Shown: piece by piece, positions 17,837 to 27,655 of the stretch
Layout of the letters: each line of letters begins with the position of its first letter
Position numbering within the stretch: position 1 is the first letter of the stretch
Assembly: GCA_964479375.1 (NCBI GenBank)
Contig: CAYZKD010000001.1
Coordinates: 7,540-71,539, forward strand
Direction: 5' to 3'
DNA length: 64,000 nt
From: an uncultured Candidatus Saccharibacteria bacterium
Lineage (GTDB): Bacteria; Patescibacteriota; Minisyncoccia; Minisyncoccales; GWA2-38-27
The notes under the pieces: model-generated
What the model saw: the letters and a program-made list of their open reading frames with translations, nothing else
Database searches by the model: none
Told to the model about the DNA's origin: nothing
Made by a program: the position numbers and the translations under genes

Positions 17837-18226
17837 ATGCCGAGAATAGCAGGCACCAATATACCAGATCAAAAACAGATTGAAATAGCCCTAACGCATA
17901 TCTATGGAATAGGGAGGAGTTTGAGTAGAAAGATTCTTAAAGAGGCGGGCATTAAGCCCCAAGAAAAGGTCTCTGGCTTAAAGGCAGAGGAGATCAATAG
18001 GTTAAGGGATATAATTGAGAAGAACTATACTACAGAGGGCGATCTAAGAAGAAGAACTATAACTGACGTTAAAAGGTTGAAGGAAATTGGATGCTGGCGG
18101 GGGATGAGGCATCGTAAGGCCCTTCCCGTAAGGGGCCAGCGCACCAAAACAAACAGCAGGACTGTAAGGGGAAATGTTAGAAAGACTGTCGGTTCTGGAA
18201 AAAGACCTGCTCCTGAAGCCACCTAA
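17837..18226 (+). CDS. rpsM: 30S ribosomal protein S13
   Basis: MPRIAGTNIPDQKQIEIALTHIYGIGRSLS matches S13. Confidence 0.95.
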   Translation: MPRIAGTNIPDQKQIEIALTHIYGIGRSLSRKILKEAGIKPQEKVSGLKAEEINRLRDIIEKNYTTEGDLRRRTITDVKRLKEIGCWRGMRHRKALPVRGQRTKTNSRTVRGNVRKTVGSGKRPAPEAT

Positions 18227-18231
18227 TAATT

Positions 18232-18684
18232 ATGGGAAAAAAAAGAGTTGTTAAAAAAAGCGAAGAGGAGTTAATTAAAGAGGGGGAGAAAGTAGAAGCG
18301 GGAGTAAAGAAAGAGATTAAATCTTCAGCAGCCCCTCAGAGAAAAGAGGGCAGGATTTATATCGCCTCCTCTTACAATAACACGGCTATAACCCTTACCG
18401 ATGCCAAGGGCAATGTTTTGACTTGGGCAAGCGCAGGCTCTATAGGGTTTAAAGGAACCAAAAAAGCGACTCCATTCGCCGCTTCCAAGACGGCAGAGGC
18501 TATTGCTCTTGCTGCCAATAAAATAAAGATGAAGAAATTTTCAGTTTTTATTAAGGGTATTGGAGGAGGACGGGATTCTGCTTTAAGGTCTCTGGCTGCC
18601 CGCGGCCTTGAGATTGTTTCTATTAAGGAATGCACTCCCATTCCTCACAATGGTTGCAGGCCGCCTAAAGCAAGAAGAGTATAA
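18232..18684 (+). CDS. rpsK: 30S ribosomal protein S11
   Basis: GRIYIASSYNNTAITLTDAKGNVLTWASAG...TPFAA...RGLEIVSIKECTPIPHNGCRPPKARR is canonical S11. Confidence 0.95.
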   Translation: MGKKRVVKKSEEELIKEGEKVEAGVKKEIKSSAAPQRKEGRIYIASSYNNTAITLTDAKGNVLTWASAGSIGFKGTKKATPFAASKTAEAIALAANKIKMKKFSVFIKGIGGGRDSALRSLAARGLEIVSIKECTPIPHNGCRPPKARRV

Positions 18685-18686
18685 TT

Positions 18687-19316
18687 ATGAAAGAGAATAA
18701 GTGTAAAATCTGTAGAAGGCTGGGAACGAAACTTTTTCTTAAGGGAGAGAGGTGTTTTTCCCAAAAATGCGCGGTTCTCAGAAAGCCCTATCCCCCTGGC
18801 CAAAAAAGCAAAAAAAGGAGAAGAAATGTTTCAGAATATGGCAAAGAACTTCAGGAAAAGCAAAAACTGAAGAGATGGTATCATCTCAAAGAGAGTCAGT
18901 TTAGAAGTTATGTTCTGGGCGCCTTAGCCAAAAGAGGAGGGGCGGAAGACGCCGGGACATTTTTAATCCAAAAGTTAGAGAAAAGACTTGACAACGTGCT
19001 TTTCAGGATGGGAATAACTTCTTCCCGCCAAAGGGCTAAACAGATAGTAGGACATGGCCACGTTTTAGTAAATGGAAGAAAAATAGACACCCCATCTTAC
19101 GAGGTTAAGAAAGGAGATGTTGTCTCCCTTAATCCCGAAAGTTTGGAAAAGGAAGGACTGAAGGATACGCCCTCTCTGCTTAAAAAATATGAGGCTGCCC
19201 CTTGGATTAATTTAAATAAAACAAAAGTAGAGGCAAAAATTGTCGGAGAACCTTCTATTGAGGATGTTGTTCCTCCTGCTGAGGTCTCTGCCATTTTTGA
19301 GTTTTACTCAAGATAA
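18687..19316 (+). CDS. rpsD: 30S ribosomal protein S4
   Basis: N-terminal zinc finger CKICRRLG...CFSQKC plus an S4 RNA-binding domain (RLDNVLFRMGITSSRQRAKQIVGHGHVLVNGRKID). Confidence 0.95.
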   Translation: MKENKCKICRRLGTKLFLKGERCFSQKCAVLRKPYPPGQKSKKRRRNVSEYGKELQEKQKLKRWYHLKESQFRSYVLGALAKRGGAEDAGTFLIQKLEKRLDNVLFRMGITSSRQRAKQIVGHGHVLVNGRKIDTPSYEVKKGDVVSLNPESLEKEGLKDTPSLLKKYEAAPWINLNKTKVEAKIVGEPSIEDVVPPAEVSAIFEFYSR

Positions 19317-19335
19317 TAAAACTTAAATAAACTAT

Positions 19336-20265
19336 ATGATTGTTCTACCCAAACCACCTAAAGTTGTTGATAAAAAAGATAATCGGGCTCGTATTGAAAT
19401 CGAGGGTCTTTATCCCGGCTACGGATTGACAATCGGAAACAGCTTAAGAAGGGTTTTGCTTTCTTCTTTGGAGGGAGCGGCCATTACCCAGATTAAGATC
19501 AAAGGCGTACAGCATGAATTTTCCACTATTTCGGGCGTCTTAGAGGATGTAATTACCATAATGATGAATTTAAAAAAAGCTAGGTTTAGAATGCACACAG
19601 GCGAGCCCCAGAAAGCCACTCTTAATGCGAAGGGGGAAAAGAAGGTTTCTGGGAAGGATTTTAAATTTCCCAGTCAGGTGGATTTGATAAATAAAGACTG
19701 TCATGTGGCTACTTTGACCAGCAAGAACGCAGAATTGGAAATAGAGGCCACTATCGAAAAGGGGGTGGGGTATGAACCCGTAGAAAGAAGAAAGAGGGAA
19801 GGAAAACTGGAAATAGGCGTTATCCCGGTGGACGCTGTTTTTACCCCGGTGAGGAAAGTAAGCTATAGCATAGAGAATATGAGGGTAGGGGAAAGAACGG
19901 ATTTTGACAGACTAGCCGTGGAGATAGAAACAGACGGCTCTTTGTCTCCGGAAGAGACCATATCTCAAGCCTCCAATATTCTGGTTGAACACTTCTCTTT
20001 GATCGCCTTGATCGCCGGCAAGGAGAAAAAGACTGAAAAAAAAGAATCTCCCAAGAAAGAAGACTTCAGAAAAATGAAAGTTGACGACTTGGAGCTCTCT
20101 CTCAGGGTGAAAACCGCACTTCAGGGTAATAATATTAAGACAGTGGGCGGCATTTTAAAGAAGAAAGAAGACGATCTTTTAAGTCTTCCCGGTATGGGAG
20201 ATCAGGGCCTTAAAGAGATAAAAAAGGCCTTGAAGAAATACGGATTAGAACTTAAATCAGGCTAG
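19336..20265 (+). CDS. rpoA: DNA-directed RNA polymerase alpha subunit
   Basis: N-terminal dimerisation domain (IGNSLRRVLLSSLEGAAITQIKI) and C-terminal domain (DLELSLRVKTALQGNNIKTVGGIL). Confidence 0.95.
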   Translation: MIVLPKPPKVVDKKDNRARIEIEGLYPGYGLTIGNSLRRVLLSSLEGAAITQIKIKGVQHEFSTISGVLEDVITIMMNLKKARFRMHTGEPQKATLNAKGEKKVSGKDFKFPSQVDLINKDCHVATLTSKNAELEIEATIEKGVGYEPVERRKREGKLEIGVIPVDAVFTPVRKVSYSIENMRVGERTDFDRLAVEIETDGSLSPEETISQASNILVEHFSLIALIAGKEKKTEKKESPKKEDFRKMKVDDLELSLRVKTALQGNNIKTVGGILKKKEDDLLSLPGMGDQGLKEIKKALKKYGLELKSG

Positions 20266-20267
20266 AG

Positions 20268-20627
20268 ATGAACAAGCAGAAAAGAGGAAGAAAATTTTCA
20301 AGGAAAAATCAACAAAGAAAAGCAATGATTAAATCATTGATATCTTCCCTTTTCTTAAAGGAGAAAATAAAAACCACAGAGGCCAAAGCCAAAGAAGCGG
20401 CACCTTTTGCGGAAAAGGCTATCAGCAGGGCCAATAAAGGAGGAGTCCAGGCCATTAGGATACTGAATAAAGACTTTAGCAAAAAAGTAGTTCAAAAACT
20501 GATTCAAGAGATAGCCCCGCTTTTTAATACAAGGAAAGGAGGGTACACCAGAATTATCAAAACGGAGCCTCGAAAGTCAGACGGGGCCAGAATGGCTATT
20601 ATTGAGTTGGTAGAGAAAACCAAGTGA
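20268..20627 (+). CDS. rplQ: 50S ribosomal protein L17
   Basis: GRKFSRKNQQRKAMIKSL...GGYTRIIKTEPRKSDGARMAIIELV matches L17. Confidence 0.9.
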   Translation: MNKQKRGRKFSRKNQQRKAMIKSLISSLFLKEKIKTTEAKAKEAAPFAEKAISRANKGGVQAIRILNKDFSKKVVQKLIQEIAPLFNTRKGGYTRIIKTEPRKSDGARMAIIELVEKTK

Positions 20628-20632
20628 TTATT

Positions 20633-20983
20633 ATGGAGAGAAAAACACATAACATTAATGCCGAGAACAAAATTTTGGGACGCTTTGCTACCAGAGTGGC
20701 TAATTTGCTGAGAGGAAAAAACAAGCCTGATTTTAGGCCTGACGCTGATTTGGGAGACTTCGTAGTTGTAAATGATATAGACAAGTTGAAATTCAGCGGC
20801 AATAAAGAGAGCAATAAGATCTATTACAGCCACAGTGGATATCTGGGGCACCTAAAGAAAGAACCCTTGGGGAAAATGTTCGAAAGAAGCCCAGAAAAGG
20901 TTTTCAGGAAAGCAGTTTATGGCATGCTTCCCAAGAACAAGTTGAGGGACATCCAGATTAAAAGACTTAAATTCCAGCAATAG
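20633..20983 (+). CDS. rplM: 50S ribosomal protein L13
   Basis: ILGRFATRVANLLRGKNKPDFRPDADLGDFVVVNDIDKLKFSGNK matches L13. The ORF could start at 20624. Confidence 0.9.
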   Translation: MERKTHNINAENKILGRFATRVANLLRGKNKPDFRPDADLGDFVVVNDIDKLKFSGNKESNKIYYSHSGYLGHLKKEPLGKMFERSPEKVFRKAVYGMLPKNKLRDIQIKRLKFQQ

Positions 20984-20985
20984 TT

Positions 20986-21420
20986 ATGCCTACTAAAACT
21001 ACCAAAAGGAAAACTTCTAAAGAAAAAAACAAAAAATACCTTGAAGCTGTGGGGAAAAGGAAAACGGCTGCAGCCCGGGTTCGTCTTTTTGAGGGAGGCA
21101 AAGGTGAAATTATAGTAAACAGCAAGGATTATAAGGATTATTTTCCCACCCCAGAGCTGCAGAAGATAGTGACCGCAGCCATGGAGGAAATGGAGTGCCT
21201 GAATAAGTTTGATTTGTCAGTAAAGGTAGCGGGCTCGGGTGTGCATTCTCAGGCTGAGGCAGTAAGGCATGGAACAGCCCGCGCCCTAGTGGAGTTCAAC
21301 GAGGATTTTAGGAAGAAGCTAAGAAAAGCAGGATTTTTGACCAGAGACCCCAGACAGAGAGAGAGGAAGAAATTCGGTCTTAAGAGGGCTAGAAGGGCAA
21401 GGCAATGGCGCAAGAGATAA
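20986..21420 (+). CDS. rpsI: 30S ribosomal protein S9
   Basis: GKRKTAAARVRLFEGGKGEIIVN...GSGVHSQAEAVRHGTARAL...RDPRQRERKKFGLKRARRARQWRKR matches S9. Confidence 0.9.
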   Translation: MPTKTTKRKTSKEKNKKYLEAVGKRKTAAARVRLFEGGKGEIIVNSKDYKDYFPTPELQKIVTAAMEEMECLNKFDLSVKVAGSGVHSQAEAVRHGTARALVEFNEDFRKKLRKAGFLTRDPRQRERKKFGLKRARRARQWRKR

Positions 21421-21491
21421 GATGTTAAAGATGTTAAAAAAGTATTATTTAGAAGAGGAATAAGACAAAGAGCGGACCCATTCCTATATCA

Positions 21492-21528
21492 CCGATGCAG
21501 GGAAATGACCCTGGTCGGTTTTTTTTAA
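21492..21528 (+). terminator. rho-independent terminator after rpsI
   Basis: Hairpin CAGGG-AAATGA-CCCTG with flanking pairing, followed by TTTTTTTT. Confidence 0.55.
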
Positions 21529-22225
21529 TTTAAAAATGCGTCAAAAAAAGCTTTATCCCCCAACATCTTAAGGATTTTCGATCACGGGGACTATATTCAT
21601 CAATTAATTATACGTGCTCTTTGGGACCAAGGGCATAAAAGTGGTCTGTTCTGAGATCGATTTCTTCTCAGGGGATAATATAGGGCAGGGCAGATGCTAT
21701 TGTCAGCGATCGCAAGAGGTACCATGTTCTTGATACAAAAAGCAGCAACAGATTTTCTTTCAAGGGGCTTAAAGAATTCAAGCCTGAAAATGTTTGCCAG
21801 ATTCAGCCGCATGTCCCCATTTCAAGCCTTCCAAAGGCATTCTGCTTTATACAAACAAGAATAATTAGGATCTTAATGTTCTTCGGGAAGTTAGAGAATA
21901 GCATATTTACTCGCCGCGCTTTGATATTTCCAAAAATGAAAAGCAACGCGGTTAGAATATATTGGCAGGTCGGACCCCTAGACGAGCAGTCAGAATCTTG
22001 CGTTCTAAGACTAAGAGTTTGTTATTGACTATGATTCCAATATGGCGGGGACCCTTATTGCCAATTTGAAAATTTTTCAAAAAAATAAAAGCAGGATTAA
22101 TCTCCGCTCGTTTAGCTGATTATCCCAGAAACCAAGAATGCCGTTAATGTCAGTTTAAGGAAATCTGTTCTGCGACAGGCCCGGGAGGAATGAGGTGGAA
22201 GAAGTTTGAAAAGAAAACCGACAAT

Positions 22226-23581
22226 TTAGGGGATTAAGGGTTCAGAGCAAAAGAAGCTTCCTTCAGAAAGCAAACACAATTTATTTATCCCTTGGTACCA
22301 AAGTATCTCGGGATCGGGAAATTCCGCTAGATCACAGGAATTTATTTTGCCTCTGTTATCAATTTCAGAGACTTTTATTTTATCGCCGGTATTGAATATT
22401 AAGTAGTGGGAAGTATACCAGAAGACATTCTTTAATGGCTCTGAGAAGCGGCTGAGAAAAAGGGTCTCGCCTTTTTTTCTTTGGGGCTGGTCTGTAATAT
22501 CTTCGAGAAAAACTATCCATATTTCAGAATCATTGAAATAGGCTATTTTTTTATTGTTGGGGGAAACCTTTAGCCCCTCAATCTTATCTGATATTTTTTG
22601 GAATTCTTTTTCTGGATTTGTTAAGTAAAAGGTCTTCCCCTCTAAAAGAGCAATGTGGAACCCTATTTTATCCACTTTGTATTTGGTTTCTTTTTTAACG
22701 GAGATGGGGGAGTTGGTTATTCTTTCCCGGAACAGAAGATCGTAGTCAGTCTTAACAATAAACCCTTCCTGGTCTAAGAAATAGATGCCGTCTTTTTCCA
22801 GAGAGGCGGTTACCACTTTTTTTAAAGATTTTTCTTTCCCCAGTTCTGATAATTTATTTTCTTTCAGGTAGAATATTCGGGAAGGGTTCCCTGGGTGGAA
22901 ATATACCCGGAGAGGGCCCGAGAGACCCAGTTTTTCCAAAGAAGCGGGCAGAGGGAAAATATCTAAAAGGAAATAGCTAATTTCTCCTGAAACAGCTACT
23001 TTTAAAAAAGCATATTCTCCGTCAGGGGTGATTTCCAAGGAGATTAAATCTACATTTTCTTTTGAGATATCCTCTTTCTTTATGAGGTGGCTTTTAAGGT
23101 TTTTATCCACTTCGACCAGCTTTAGAGACCACATCTCTTCCCTCGACTCCAGCATTATGGTCTTTTGTCCTCGGGTGGAAAAGAAAGAATTCTCGATGTC
23201 TTTGGAGATTAGTTGAAACACCGGTTCTCTGGGAATCAAGACTACGTTTTTCGCTTCTGTCACCCCCCCTTTTTCTATTTCCAAGGTCTTCTTCCAGGGG
23301 CAATAATTTTCTTTTTCTATGCTAAAGCTGTGTTTGCCCGGCAAGATGTTTTCAATAAGAAGGGATCCGAAAAAGCCGTCTGTCCTTTCCTTTTTCTTGT
23401 TGTCTAAAAAGACATTAGTTGCCTTTGGAACAGTCTTGCAGAAGAACATACCGGGCTTGATAACCCCTTTTTCTTTCCAACTAAAACGCCACCCCATAGA
23501 GTAAAAAACAATAAGGGGCGACGCGACTAAAAAAAGTGCGGCAAAGAAGACAAAAATGATTCTGCGGGTTTTTCTTCTCAT
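22226..23581 (-). CDS. membrane-anchored protein with a PEGA-like domain and a large beta-rich extracytoplasmic region
   Basis: N-terminal TM (RRIIFVFFAALFLVASPLIVFYSMGW). A PEGA-like segment (VPKATNVFLDNKKKERTDGFFGSLLIENILPGKHSFSIEKENYCPWKKTLEI) is typical of S-layer or cell-surface proteins. Start chosen at MRRKTRR; the ORF extends to 23638. Confidence 0.5.
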   Translation of the reverse strand: MRRKTRRIIFVFFAALFLVASPLIVFYSMGWRFSWKEKGVIKPGMFFCKTVPKATNVFLDNKKKERTDGFFGSLLIENILPGKHSFSIEKENYCPWKKTLEIEKGGVTEAKNVVLIPREPVFQLISKDIENSFFSTRGQKTIMLESREEMWSLKLVEVDKNLKSHLIKKEDISKENVDLISLEITPDGEYAFLKVAVSGEISYFLLDIFPLPASLEKLGLSGPLRVYFHPGNPSRIFYLKENKLSELGKEKSLKKVVTASLEKDGIYFLDQEGFIVKTDYDLLFRERITNSPISVKKETKYKVDKIGFHIALLEGKTFYLTNPEKEFQKISDKIEGLKVSPNNKKIAYFNDSEIWIVFLEDITDQPQRKKGETLFLSRFSEPLKNVFWYTSHYLIFNTGDKIKVSEIDNRGKINSCDLAEFPDPEILWYQGINKLCLLSEGSFFCSEPLIP

Positions 23582-23828
23582 GTAATTGAATTTTATCAGA
23601 AAAAAATTAATATAAAAAGGTCTGTTATTTTTTAACACCGTGGCGGGGGCTCAAAGAACGATTTGCCGCTCCAAGAGGTCCTTGCTGTGGATAGAGCCGT
23701 TTGTTGTTTGCCCTTTCGGATCCAGAAAGAACGCTTATTTAAACAACGAACACAAAAGCGAATTGATAGTCCGTCTTTGCGTGGCTGCTTGTCATTTGTC
23801 CTATTTTGAATTAAGATAGTATATAAAG

Positions 23829-25142
23829 ATGACTGAAAAATTTGTAATAAAAGGGGGTAAGCGACTCAAGGGGGAGATAGAAGTAAATGGGGCTAAGAAC
23901 TCAACCCTTCCTATTCTTGCTGCCACTATATTAACCGACAAGCCTTGCGTTATTGGCAATCTTCCTCTGATACAGGATGTTTTCAGAATGCTCGAGGTTA
24001 TAGAAAGTTTGGGTGCTGATGTCACTTGGTTGGAAGAAAAAAAGGTGAAAATAAGGTGTGCTAATATTAAAGTTGACAATATTCCCTTTGAAACAGTTGC
24101 CAGGTTCCGTGGGTCTATTCTTATCCTTGGCGCTCTTTTGGCACGGTTTGACAAGGTAGAAATTCCTCCTCCGGGCGGATGTCTTATCGGCGCCCGGCCC
24201 CTGGATACCCATTTGGACGCCCTTGCTCAACTGGGAGTCGAATCTCAAGAAAAAGACAACCTTTTTTCTTTTAAAAAGGATGAAATTGCAGGGGGGTCTT
24301 TTGAAACTTTGGAATTCTTTAAGAGGAAACAGAAGGAAAAAGATTTAAAAGAGTTAGTTCTCAAAGAATTCAGCGTTACTGCCACAGAAAATGCTCTGCT
24401 GTTTTCTTCTTTAAGCAAGAATAGGATTTTAATGAAGGTTACAGATCAGGATTATCAGGTTCAGGAATTAATAGAGGTTCTCAGGAGCATGGGGGCTGAT
24501 ATTGAAACCAAAGAATGTCACGCTCTTGAGATGCGGGGAAAGGATAATTTAAAAGGATTTGAGCACACAATTGATCCAGACCCAATTGAAACAGGCACTT
24601 TCATAGTTGCCTCTCTGGCTACACAAGGGGAGATTGTTATAAAAAAAGCGGGTCTTGGTTTTCTGGATCTTTTTCTGAAGAGATTATATGACTCAGGGGC
24701 CAAGTTCGAGATTGTCAAAGAGGACGAGTTAAGGGTTTTTCCTTCCCCGGACCTTAAAATAGACAAGATACAAAGTTTGCCCTATCCCGGGGTACATAGC
24801 GACTTGCAACCCGAATTGGGGGTTTTGGCCACTCAAACCGAAGGGGCCACTTTAATACACGATCCTTTATACGAAGGCAGATTGAAATATTTGGAAGAAT
24901 TGAATAAAATGGGGGCTGATATTATTTTCTGCGACCCCCATCGGGCTATTATAAGCGGACCTACGTCCTTGAGGGGCATAGAAATTCCCAGCCTTGACCT
25001 GAGGGCGGGTGCTGCTCTTATTGTCGCGGGGCTGATTGCAGAAGGAGAAACAGTAATAAACAATATTTATCAAATTAGCCGGGGATATGAGAAAATAGCA
25101 GATCGTCTCCGGTCTCTGGGAGCAGATATTAAAGAAGTATAG
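23829..25142 (+). CDS. murA: UDP-N-acetylglucosamine 1-carboxyvinyltransferase
   Basis: KGGKRLKGEIEVNGAKNSTLPILAATIL, the catalytic Cys context PPPGGCLIGARPLDTHL, and a C-terminal YQISRGYE..RL..LGA. Carries an insertion of about 50 aa in the middle. Confidence 0.93.
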   Translation: MTEKFVIKGGKRLKGEIEVNGAKNSTLPILAATILTDKPCVIGNLPLIQDVFRMLEVIESLGADVTWLEEKKVKIRCANIKVDNIPFETVARFRGSILILGALLARFDKVEIPPPGGCLIGARPLDTHLDALAQLGVESQEKDNLFSFKKDEIAGGSFETLEFFKRKQKEKDLKELVLKEFSVTATENALLFSSLSKNRILMKVTDQDYQVQELIEVLRSMGADIETKECHALEMRGKDNLKGFEHTIDPDPIETGTFIVASLATQGEIVIKKAGLGFLDLFLKRLYDSGAKFEIVKEDELRVFPSPDLKIDKIQSLPYPGVHSDLQPELGVLATQTEGATLIHDPLYEGRLKYLEELNKMGADIIFCDPHRAIISGPTSLRGIEIPSLDLRAGAALIVAGLIAEGETVINNIYQISRGYEKIADRLRSLGADIKEV

Positions 25143-25146
25143 AGAT

Positions 25147-26154
25147 ATGTTTGTTAAAAAAATTGGTATTGACCTAGGAACATGCAACTCTATTGTATTT
25201 ACTGCCAACAAGGGGGTAGTGCTTGACGAGCCCTCCGTAGTGGCCGTGGCTTTTGAAGAGAACAAAATTCTGGCAGTGGGACAAGAAGCAAAAGAAATGA
25301 CGGGAAGAACCCCCGATACCATAAAGGTTTACAGGCCCCTTAAAGATGGAGTGATAGCGGATTATAGGATCACCGAAGCAATGCTGCGCTATTTCATTGA
25401 AAGAACTTGCGGAAGAGTGAGAATTTTTAAACCCGAACTACTGGTTGGAATTCCTGCTGGCATTACTTCTACAGAGAGAAGGGCTGTTGTTGAAGCGGGC
25501 ATGGCGGCTGGAGCCAAGGCGGTTTATGTTGCCAAAGAGCCCGTGTTGGCTGCTATCGGAGCAGGAATTCCTATAAACTCTTGCTCTGGGCACATGCTAA
25601 TTGATATTGGAGGGGGCACTACTGAAATCGCAGTCATTTCCCTAGGAGGCATTGTTACTTGGAATTCTTTAAGGGTGGCGGGCGACAAGATGGATTATGC
25701 TATCTCAGACTATATCAAAGAAAAACACAATCTGGCCATCGGAGAACAGACAGCGGAGGAGCTGAAAATTAAAATAGGCACGGCTCTTCTAGAGAAGAAA
25801 CCCAAAGAGTTAGAGATCAGGGGCAGGGATTTGGCATCGGGATTGCCCAAAAATATTAAGATTTCTTCTAATGAGATCTGTAAGGCCATAGAAGAGAGGC
25901 TCTCTGAGATTATTCAGGTAGTTAAAAAGGTGTTGAGAGAAACTCCGCCTGAGCTTTCAGCAGACATTATGGACAAAGGGATGGTTCTTTCCGGGGGAGG
26001 AGGGATGCTTGATAATCTGGACCAATTGATCACTCAGAATACCGGAGTACCCTGTTTTGTTGCGGAAGATCCCTTGTTGTGCGTGGCTAAGGGGACCGGT
26101 GCCGTTCTTGACAACTTGGAAGTCTATAAGAGAAGCATAATGACGAAAAAATAG
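25147..26154 (+). CDS. mreB: rod-shape determining protein MreB (paralog 1)
   Basis: IGIDLGTCNSIV, DEPSVVA, LIDIGGGTTEIAVISLGG, VLSGGGGML. Confidence 0.9.
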   Translation: MFVKKIGIDLGTCNSIVFTANKGVVLDEPSVVAVAFEENKILAVGQEAKEMTGRTPDTIKVYRPLKDGVIADYRITEAMLRYFIERTCGRVRIFKPELLVGIPAGITSTERRAVVEAGMAAGAKAVYVAKEPVLAAIGAGIPINSCSGHMLIDIGGGTTEIAVISLGGIVTWNSLRVAGDKMDYAISDYIKEKHNLAIGEQTAEELKIKIGTALLEKKPKELEIRGRDLASGLPKNIKISSNEICKAIEERLSEIIQVVKKVLRETPPELSADIMDKGMVLSGGGGMLDNLDQLITQNTGVPCFVAEDPLLCVAKGTGAVLDNLEVYKRSIMTKK

Positions 26155-26158
26155 AATT

Positions 26159-27088
26159 ATGTTTATCGGTCATCAAAAACAATGGCATTTTTTGAAGGAT
26201 AGTTTTGAGAACAAGAAACTACCCCACGCCCTCTTATTCTGCGGACAGGAAAAAATAGGGAAGAAAAAGGTAGCAATAGAATTGGCAAAATATATTAACT
26301 GCACAGGAGGGGACAAGCCCTGTGACAATTGCAGAAATTGTTTAGATATAGAGAGAGGCCTTTTTCCGGACTTTGTATTAATAGCCCCTCCAAAAAAACA
26401 ATCGAAGATACAGATAGCAGAAATTAGAAACGCGGTTAAAAGATTGTCTCTCAAGCCCTATTCCTCTTCTTTGAGAATCGCTTTGGTTGATCGGGCTCAT
26501 CTAATGACAGCAGATGCCCAGGGGTGTTTTCTAAAATTTTTAGAAGAGCCGAAAGGAGACTCTCTAATAATTTTAGCAACTGAATATCCGGAAACTCTCC
26601 TTCCTACCATCAGATCTAGAATTCAGAAAGTGGGATTTTATCTTGTGTCAGGCAGGAAAATTAAAAAATATCTTCAAAGAAAGGGGGCGGAAGAAAAAAA
26701 AGCAGAAATTCTTTCTGCGGTTTGCGGGGGGAAGCCCGGAGTAGCCCTTGATCTTTTAGAGAATCCTGACATTTTAGAACAAAGAAAAAGGACTGTGCAA
26801 GATTTCATTTCATTGAGTAAAGGCGACTTGGTATTACGGCTCGATTATGCCAAAAAATTTTTTAAAGAACCAAAGTTTGAGCTACAGGAGGTTTTAGATG
26901 CCTGGCTGCATTATCTGAGAAAGATTTTTCTGGTTCAGGCTACAGAAGATAAAGAGAGTAACCCTTTTGATTATTCTCTGTCAGAATCAAGAAAGATAAT
27001 ATCATTAATCCAAGAAACAAAATTTCTGGTCTCGACTACAAATGTTAATCCTAGACTGGCCTTTGAAATTTTGTTAATGGAGATATAA
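26159..27088 (+). CDS. holB: DNA polymerase III delta-prime subunit (clamp-loader AAA+)
   Basis: LPHALLFCGQEKIGKKK, the zinc module CTGGDKPCDNCRNC, the SRC motif (PTIRSRIQKV), about 300 aa. Confidence 0.8.
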   Translation: MFIGHQKQWHFLKDSFENKKLPHALLFCGQEKIGKKKVAIELAKYINCTGGDKPCDNCRNCLDIERGLFPDFVLIAPPKKQSKIQIAEIRNAVKRLSLKPYSSSLRIALVDRAHLMTADAQGCFLKFLEEPKGDSLIILATEYPETLLPTIRSRIQKVGFYLVSGRKIKKYLQRKGAEEKKAEILSAVCGGKPGVALDLLENPDILEQRKRTVQDFISLSKGDLVLRLDYAKKFFKEPKFELQEVLDAWLHYLRKIFLVQATEDKESNPFDYSLSESRKIISLIQETKFLVSTTNVNPRLAFEILLMEI

Positions 27089-27097
27089 AAATAAAAT

Positions 27098-27652
27098 ATG
27101 TATAAAGATATAATAGAAAAAATTAAACCGGAATTAAACAAGGCAGTAGATTACTTGGAGGGAGAAGTTAAAAAATTAAGAACAGGCCGCGCAACCCCTT
27201 CTCTTGTTGAAGATATCGAAGTCAACTGTTTCGGAAACAAGATGCCTCTTAAACAACTGGCCGCCATATCTGTTTCCGGTCCTAGGCAAATAGTGATACA
27301 GCCTTGGGATGACTCTTATATCCAGTCGATAGAAGAGGCAATTTCTAAATCCGAGCTGGGGACCTCTCCAGTGGTAGATAAGAATATTATCCGCATATTT
27401 TTGCCAGAAGCAACAGAGGAATATAGAAAAGAACTTCTTAAACTGCTTTCGGAAAAGAAAGAAGAGGTCCGTCAAACTATTAGGAGATGGAGAGAAGAGG
27501 TTTGGAAAGAAATCCAGGAGAAGACAGACTCGGGGGAAATAAGGGAGGATGATAAGTTCAAGGCTAAAGAGGAACTTCAAAGGGTGGTTGATGATTACAA
27601 CCAGAAGGCGGAAGAGATCGTAGAAAGGAAAGAAAAGGAGATATCAGAGTAA
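27098..27652 (+). CDS. frr: ribosome recycling factor
   Basis: 184 aa, LRTGRATPSLVEDIEV..YG...PLKQLAAISV...IQPWD....IEKAI.SELG matches the RRF signature. Confidence 0.93.
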   Translation: MYKDIIEKIKPELNKAVDYLEGEVKKLRTGRATPSLVEDIEVNCFGNKMPLKQLAAISVSGPRQIVIQPWDDSYIQSIEEAISKSELGTSPVVDKNIIRIFLPEATEEYRKELLKLLSEKKEEVRQTIRRWREEVWKEIQEKTDSGEIREDDKFKAKEELQRVVDDYNQKAEEIVERKEKEISE

Positions 27653-27655
27653 AAT

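Noticed and set aside
21660-21700. ATAGGGCAGGGCAG resembling the AUAGGGCAGG segment of type A RNase P RNA
   Set aside because: There is no adjacent GGAAAGUCCGGGCUCC P4 strand and no ACAGAACCCGGCUUA 3' partner on either strand. The resemblance is too short to call.
23640-23828. 190-bp leader upstream of murA as a riboswitch
   Set aside because: No recognisable riboswitch core or strong conserved structure seen by eye. Kept only as an untested possibility.
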